A stretch of 32,000 nucleotides of DNA, taken from positions 2,400,001 through 2,432,000 of the forward strand of contig NC_000964.3 of the NCBI RefSeq assembly GCF_000009045.1, in the 5' to 3' direction. Positions 27,892-32,000 of the stretch are shown piece by piece. The notes beneath the pieces were generated by a model. It was not told where the DNA came from, made no database searches, and worked only from the letters and a program-made list of their open reading frames with translations. Made by a program: the position numbers and the translations under genes. The stretch is from Bacillus subtilis subsp. subtilis str. 168. GTDB taxonomy: Bacteria > Bacillota > Bacilli > Bacillales > Bacillaceae. Each line of letters opens with the position of its first letter. Positions within the stretch are counted from its first letter, which is position 1.

Positions 27892-28356
27892 TTATTCAAA
27901 TGAGCGGTTTAAATTTGCCATTTCAATGGCAGAAACAGCACAATCTACACCTTTGTTGCCCGCTTTTGTGCCGGCACGCTCGATAGCCTGTTCGATGTTT
28001 TCAGTTGTTACAATTCCAAAGATGACAGGTACACCAGTAGTGTTTGCTGCTTGCGCGATGCCTTTTGCAGCTTCATTGCAGACATAATCGTAATGTGTCG
28101 TTGCGCCTCTGATGACAGTGCCCAATGTGATAATAGCATCATATTTTTTTGTTTCCGCCATTTTTTTCGCAGCAAACGGTATTTCAAATGCGCCTGGAAC
28201 CCAAGCCACATCAATGTCATTTGTGTCTACGCCATGTCTGAGCAGCGCATCTTCTGCTCCGCTCAGCAGCTTGCTCGTAATAAAATCATTAAATCTTCCT
28301 ACTACGATTCCGATTTTAAGACCTGTACCAACTAAATTTCCTTGTATGATATTCAT
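27892..28356 (-). CDS. ribH: 6,7-dimethyl-8-ribityllumazine synthase
   Basis: 154 aa, lumazine synthase family ([28 protein letters not shown]). Confidence 0.97.
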   Translation of the reverse strand: MNIIQGNLVGTGLKIGIVVGRFNDFITSKLLSGAEDALLRHGVDTNDIDVAWVPGAFEIPFAAKKMAETKKYDAIITLGTVIRGATTHYDYVCNEAAKGIAQAANTTGVPVIFGIVTTENIEQAIERAGTKAGNKGVDCAVSAIEMANLNRSFE

Positions 28357-28388
28357 ATGATTCCCATCCTTTTTTGTGATATTTGTGA

Positions 28389-29585
28389 TTAGAAATGAAG
28401 TAAATGACCTAGCTTGTTCATTTTGGTTTGCAAATATTTTTTATTGTGTTCTTTCGCCTCCATTTGAAGCGGCACTCTTTCTGAAATACTGAGTCCGTAG
28501 CCTTCAAGGCCTGCGATTTTTCGCGGATTATTCGTCAAAAGCTTCATATTCCGGACACCGAGGTCGCGTAAAATTTGTGCTCCGATGCCATAGTTGCGAA
28601 GATCCGGCAAGAATCCAAGCGCCTCATTGGCTTCTACGGTGTCATAGCCTTGTTCCTGAAGCTTATAAGCTTTTAATTTATTGATTAAACCGATGCCTCG
28701 TCCTTCTTGGCGCAAGTACAGGAGCACTCCACGGCCTTCTGCGGCAATTTGGTTCAGCGCGGCGTGCAGCTGCGGTCCGCAATCACAGCGATGAGAGCCA
28801 AACACGTCACCTGTGAGACATTCTGAATGCACCCGGACCAATACCGGTTCTTCTCCGAACGGCACATCTCCCATCACAAATGCGACATGCTCTTTTCCAT
28901 CTACCTCATTTGTGTATCCATAAACCTTAAATGTCCCAAAATCAGTAGGCAGCGTAATGTCAACTTCACGCTCGACAAGTGTTGTCAGATTGTAACGGTA
29001 TTGAATCAAATCCTTAATGGTGATCATTTTTAATTGATGCTTTTTCGCAATTTCAATGAGCTCAGGCACTCTCGCCATCGTTCCGTCTTCATTCATAATT
29101 TCACAAATGACGCCGGCTCCTGGAGATCCGCAAGCTTCAGCAAGATCAACAGCAGCTTCTGTATGGCCCGCTCTTTTCAGGACACCTCCTTTTTTCGCAA
29201 TCAGTGGAAAAATGTGCCCCGGACGCTGAAAATCAGATGGCACGGATTTGCTGTCCAGCAATGCTTGAACGGTAAAAGATCTTTCTTGAGCGCTGATACC
29301 TGTCTTCGTTTCACGATGGTCTATGCTTACGGTAAATGCAGTGTGGTGAGAGTCTGTATTATGCTCAACCATAGGGTGAAGATCAAGCCTGTCTGCGATT
29401 TCCTCACTGAGCGGCGTGCAGATCAGTCCTCTCCCATGTGTCGCCATAAAGTTAATGACTTCCGGCGTTGCATGCTCGGCAAGAGCCACAAAGTCTCCTT
29501 CATTTTCTCTGTCTTCATCATCTACAACGATGATGACTTCGCCTTTTTTTAAAGCGTCCAGTGCTTCTTCTATCGGATGAAACAT
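28389..29585 (-). CDS. ribA: Bifunctional 3,4-dihydroxy-2-butanone-4-phosphate synthase / GTP cyclohydrolase II
   Basis: 398 aa. N-terminal DHBP synthase domain ([10 protein letters not shown]) and C-terminal GTP cyclohydrolase II domain with CxxxxxxxxxxCxC zinc ligands ([18 protein letters not shown]). Confidence 0.97.
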
Positions 29586-29599
29586 GCAAATCTTCCTCT

Positions 29600-30247
29600 C
29601 TAAAAGCCGTTTTCGCTTAAGAAGGCTTTTGTAATGGTTTGTTGGGTCTTATTTTCATTGGCTTTATGCAAAAATCGATACATATATTTTCCGATCATAT
29701 CGCATTCGATATTCACTTTAGAGCCGATCGTTTTTTCTGAAAAGATCGTTTCGCTGATCGTATGCGGTATTAAGGAGATCGTCACTGTGTCTTCTGTCAG
29801 GCCGAATATGGTTAAGCTCACGCCATCCACAGTAATTGATCCCTTTAAAACCAATGTTTTTGTTAATGACGGGTCCATTTTTAAATCATAGTAAACTGCG
29901 TTGCTTTTCTCTTCAATTCGTGTGATTTCCGCAGTTCCGTCGACATGGCCTGAGACGAAATGGCCTCCGAAACGGCCGTTTGCCGCCATCGCTCTTTCCA
30001 GATTTACTTTGCTTCCTTTTGTTAAATCATTCAGTGACGTAGCTTTGACTGTTTCAGGCATAACATCCACTGTGAATTGATTTTTTGTAAAATCAGTGAC
30101 AGTCAGACAAATGCCGTTCACTGCAATGCTGTCGCCAAGATGAACATCCTCTAAAATCTTTGAGCATTTAATAGTTAAGGCCATTGCATGCCCTGCTTTT
30201 TTCATGGATTCGATTGTGCCTGTTTCTTCGATAATTCCTGTAAACAT
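29600..30247 (-). CDS. ribE: Riboflavin synthase alpha subunit
   Basis: Starts with the canonical [10 protein letters not shown] (215 aa, ATG 30245-30247) and has the internally duplicated lumazine-binding fold. Confidence 0.96.
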   Translation of the reverse strand: MFTGIIEETGTIESMKKAGHAMALTIKCSKILEDVHLGDSIAVNGICLTVTDFTKNQFTVDVMPETVKATSLNDLTKGSKVNLERAMAANGRFGGHFVSGHVDGTAEITRIEEKSNAVYYDLKMDPSLTKTLVLKGSITVDGVSLTIFGLTEDTVTISLIPHTISETIFSEKTIGSKVNIECDMIGKYMYRFLHKANENKTQQTITKAFLSENGF

Positions 30248-30257
30248 GGTCACCATC

Positions 30258-31364
<1,107 letters not shown>

Positions 31365-31376
31365 TTATTTACCGTC

Positions 31377-31412
31377 AAAAAAGCCCCGAATTTATAAAAA
31401 ATTCGGGGCTTT
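31377..31412 (-). terminator. FMN-controlled attenuator terminator of the ribD leader
   Basis: - strand AAAGCCCCGAAT-TTTTTATA-AATTCGGGGCTTTTTT, located between the aptamer and the ribD SD. Confidence 0.9.
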
Positions 31413-31475
31413 AGGTATTTTACGCAATAGGAAATAACACTATGCATTTTTAAACATTTTGCATAGCGGCTCATC

Positions 31476-31614
31476 ATCCTTCTCCCATCCAGACTTTCAC
31501 TGTCGGCTTCAGCTTAAACTGAATCCACCGCGTGCTTATGCACACGGGTCACGGGCTCTAAAGCAAATGTGCTTTACTACCGCCGGTCGGGATTTCCACC
31601 CTGCCCCGAAGGAT
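31476..31614 (-). promoter_or_regulatory. FMN riboswitch (RFN element) aptamer in the ribD leader
   Basis: - strand ATCCTTCGGGGCAGGGTGGAAATCCCGACCGGCGGT ... CCGACAGTGAAAGTCTGGATGGGAGAAGGAT. P1 is ATCCTTC/GAAGGAT. This matches the well-known B. subtilis rib leader. Confidence 0.95.
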
Positions 31615-31644
31615 ACAATCTTTATTCATTTGTCCTTATTGGTT

Positions 31645-31673
31645 ATTATAGCGATCCTTTTTAAAGTACGCAA
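31645..31673 (-). promoter_or_regulatory. SigA promoter P1 of the rib operon
   Basis: - strand TTGCGT (31668-31673), 17-nt spacer, TATAAT (31645-31650), about 30 nt upstream of the aptamer. Confidence 0.7.
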
Positions 31674-31694
31674 TGAAATAAACTTACAATTTGA

Positions 31695-31732
31695 GAAAAA
31701 CAAAACATCACCCTTCGATCCGAAAGGTGATG
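31695..31732 (-). terminator. Rho-independent terminator after ypuD
   Basis: Stem CATCACCCTT (31706-31715) / AAGGTGATG (31724-31732), followed on the - strand by TTTTGTTTTT. Confidence 0.8.
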
Positions 31733-31736
31733 TTTT

Positions 31737-32000
31737 TTAATCATTCACTTTTGCAACCTTGATTAATCCGTCGATCCGCTTTGATTTGCTGAAGTAAGCC
31801 TTAATCTTGTCACCTTCTTTTATATCAGATAAATCCTGATTTAATTTTTTTCCGTTGAAGATGATTTTCGTTCCGTTTTCTGCTACTCCATGATACTCTG
31901 AGCCGTCAATTTTCGTCACTTTATATTCCTGGATGGTGTATTCCTCTTCTTCCGAGGACAAGGTTTGTCCAATTGCTGTCGGAACATCCTTCAGCTCAAT
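31737..32000 (-). CDS. ypuD: YpuD-like protein of unknown function, C-terminal part (ORF open to the right edge)
   Basis: The - strand frame stays open from 32000 (IELKDVPTAIGQTLSSEEEEYTIQEY...) to the stop at 31737-31739. The ORF-track TTG at 31961 is probably internal. The gene name is assigned from synteny upstream of the rib operon. Confidence 0.6.
   Translation of the reverse strand: MELKDVPTAIGQTLSSEEEEYTIQEYKVTKIDGSEYHGVAENGTKIIFNGKKLNQDLSDIKEGDKIKAYFSKSKRIDGLIKVAKVND

Noticed and set aside
29034-29552. 172-aa + strand ORF
   Set aside because: It is antisense to ribA (bifunctional RibBA), which is unambiguous. It is a shadow ORF.
31459-31740. 93-aa + strand ORF
   Set aside because: It is antisense to the ribD FMN riboswitch, the P1 promoter and the ypuD terminator. 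It has no SD and is explained by those elements.

Overview
This window is the Bacillus subtilis 168-type chromosome segment from the 5' end of sleB to the 3' part of ypuD. I recognise it from protein sequences, gene order and known regulatory elements; no database search was possible. Gene order is sleB', prsW, ypdA, gudB, mecB(ypbH), ypbG, ypbF, ypbE, ypbD, recS(ypbC), ypbB, fer, ribU(ypaA), serA, aroC, rsiX, sigX, resE-D-C-B-A, rluB, spmB, spmA, dacB, ypuI, scpB, scpA, ypuF, ribT-H-A-E-D, ypuD'. I call 36 CDS. 33 are on the - strand; only fer, serA and ypuF are on +. There are two FMN riboswitches (ribU and ribD leaders), about 15 Rho-independent terminators and several promoter candidates, including the SigX autoregulatory promoter and rib P1. 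Packing is dense, with several 4-13 nt translational-coupling overlaps. I see no rRNA, tRNA, CRISPR array, transposase, integrase, phage gene or defence-like gene, and no insertion relative to the gene order I remember. I therefore do not find a convincing previously undescribed system; this is a core housekeeping and sporulation region. Points worth a second look: the 9-bp tandem duplication in gudB (cryptic lab-strain allele, a known mutational hotspot); a ribU leader carrying both a terminator-like hairpin and an SD-sequestering helix; long out-of-frame overlaps (sigX/rsiX 65 nt, ypbD/ypbE 50 nt); the poorly characterised ypbD-E-F-G envelope cluster; the ypbB-recS split-RecQ-like pair; and a Cys4 motif at the ResB N-terminus. 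Several ORF-track starts were trimmed to starts with a Shine-Dalgarno sequence. These trims are inferences.
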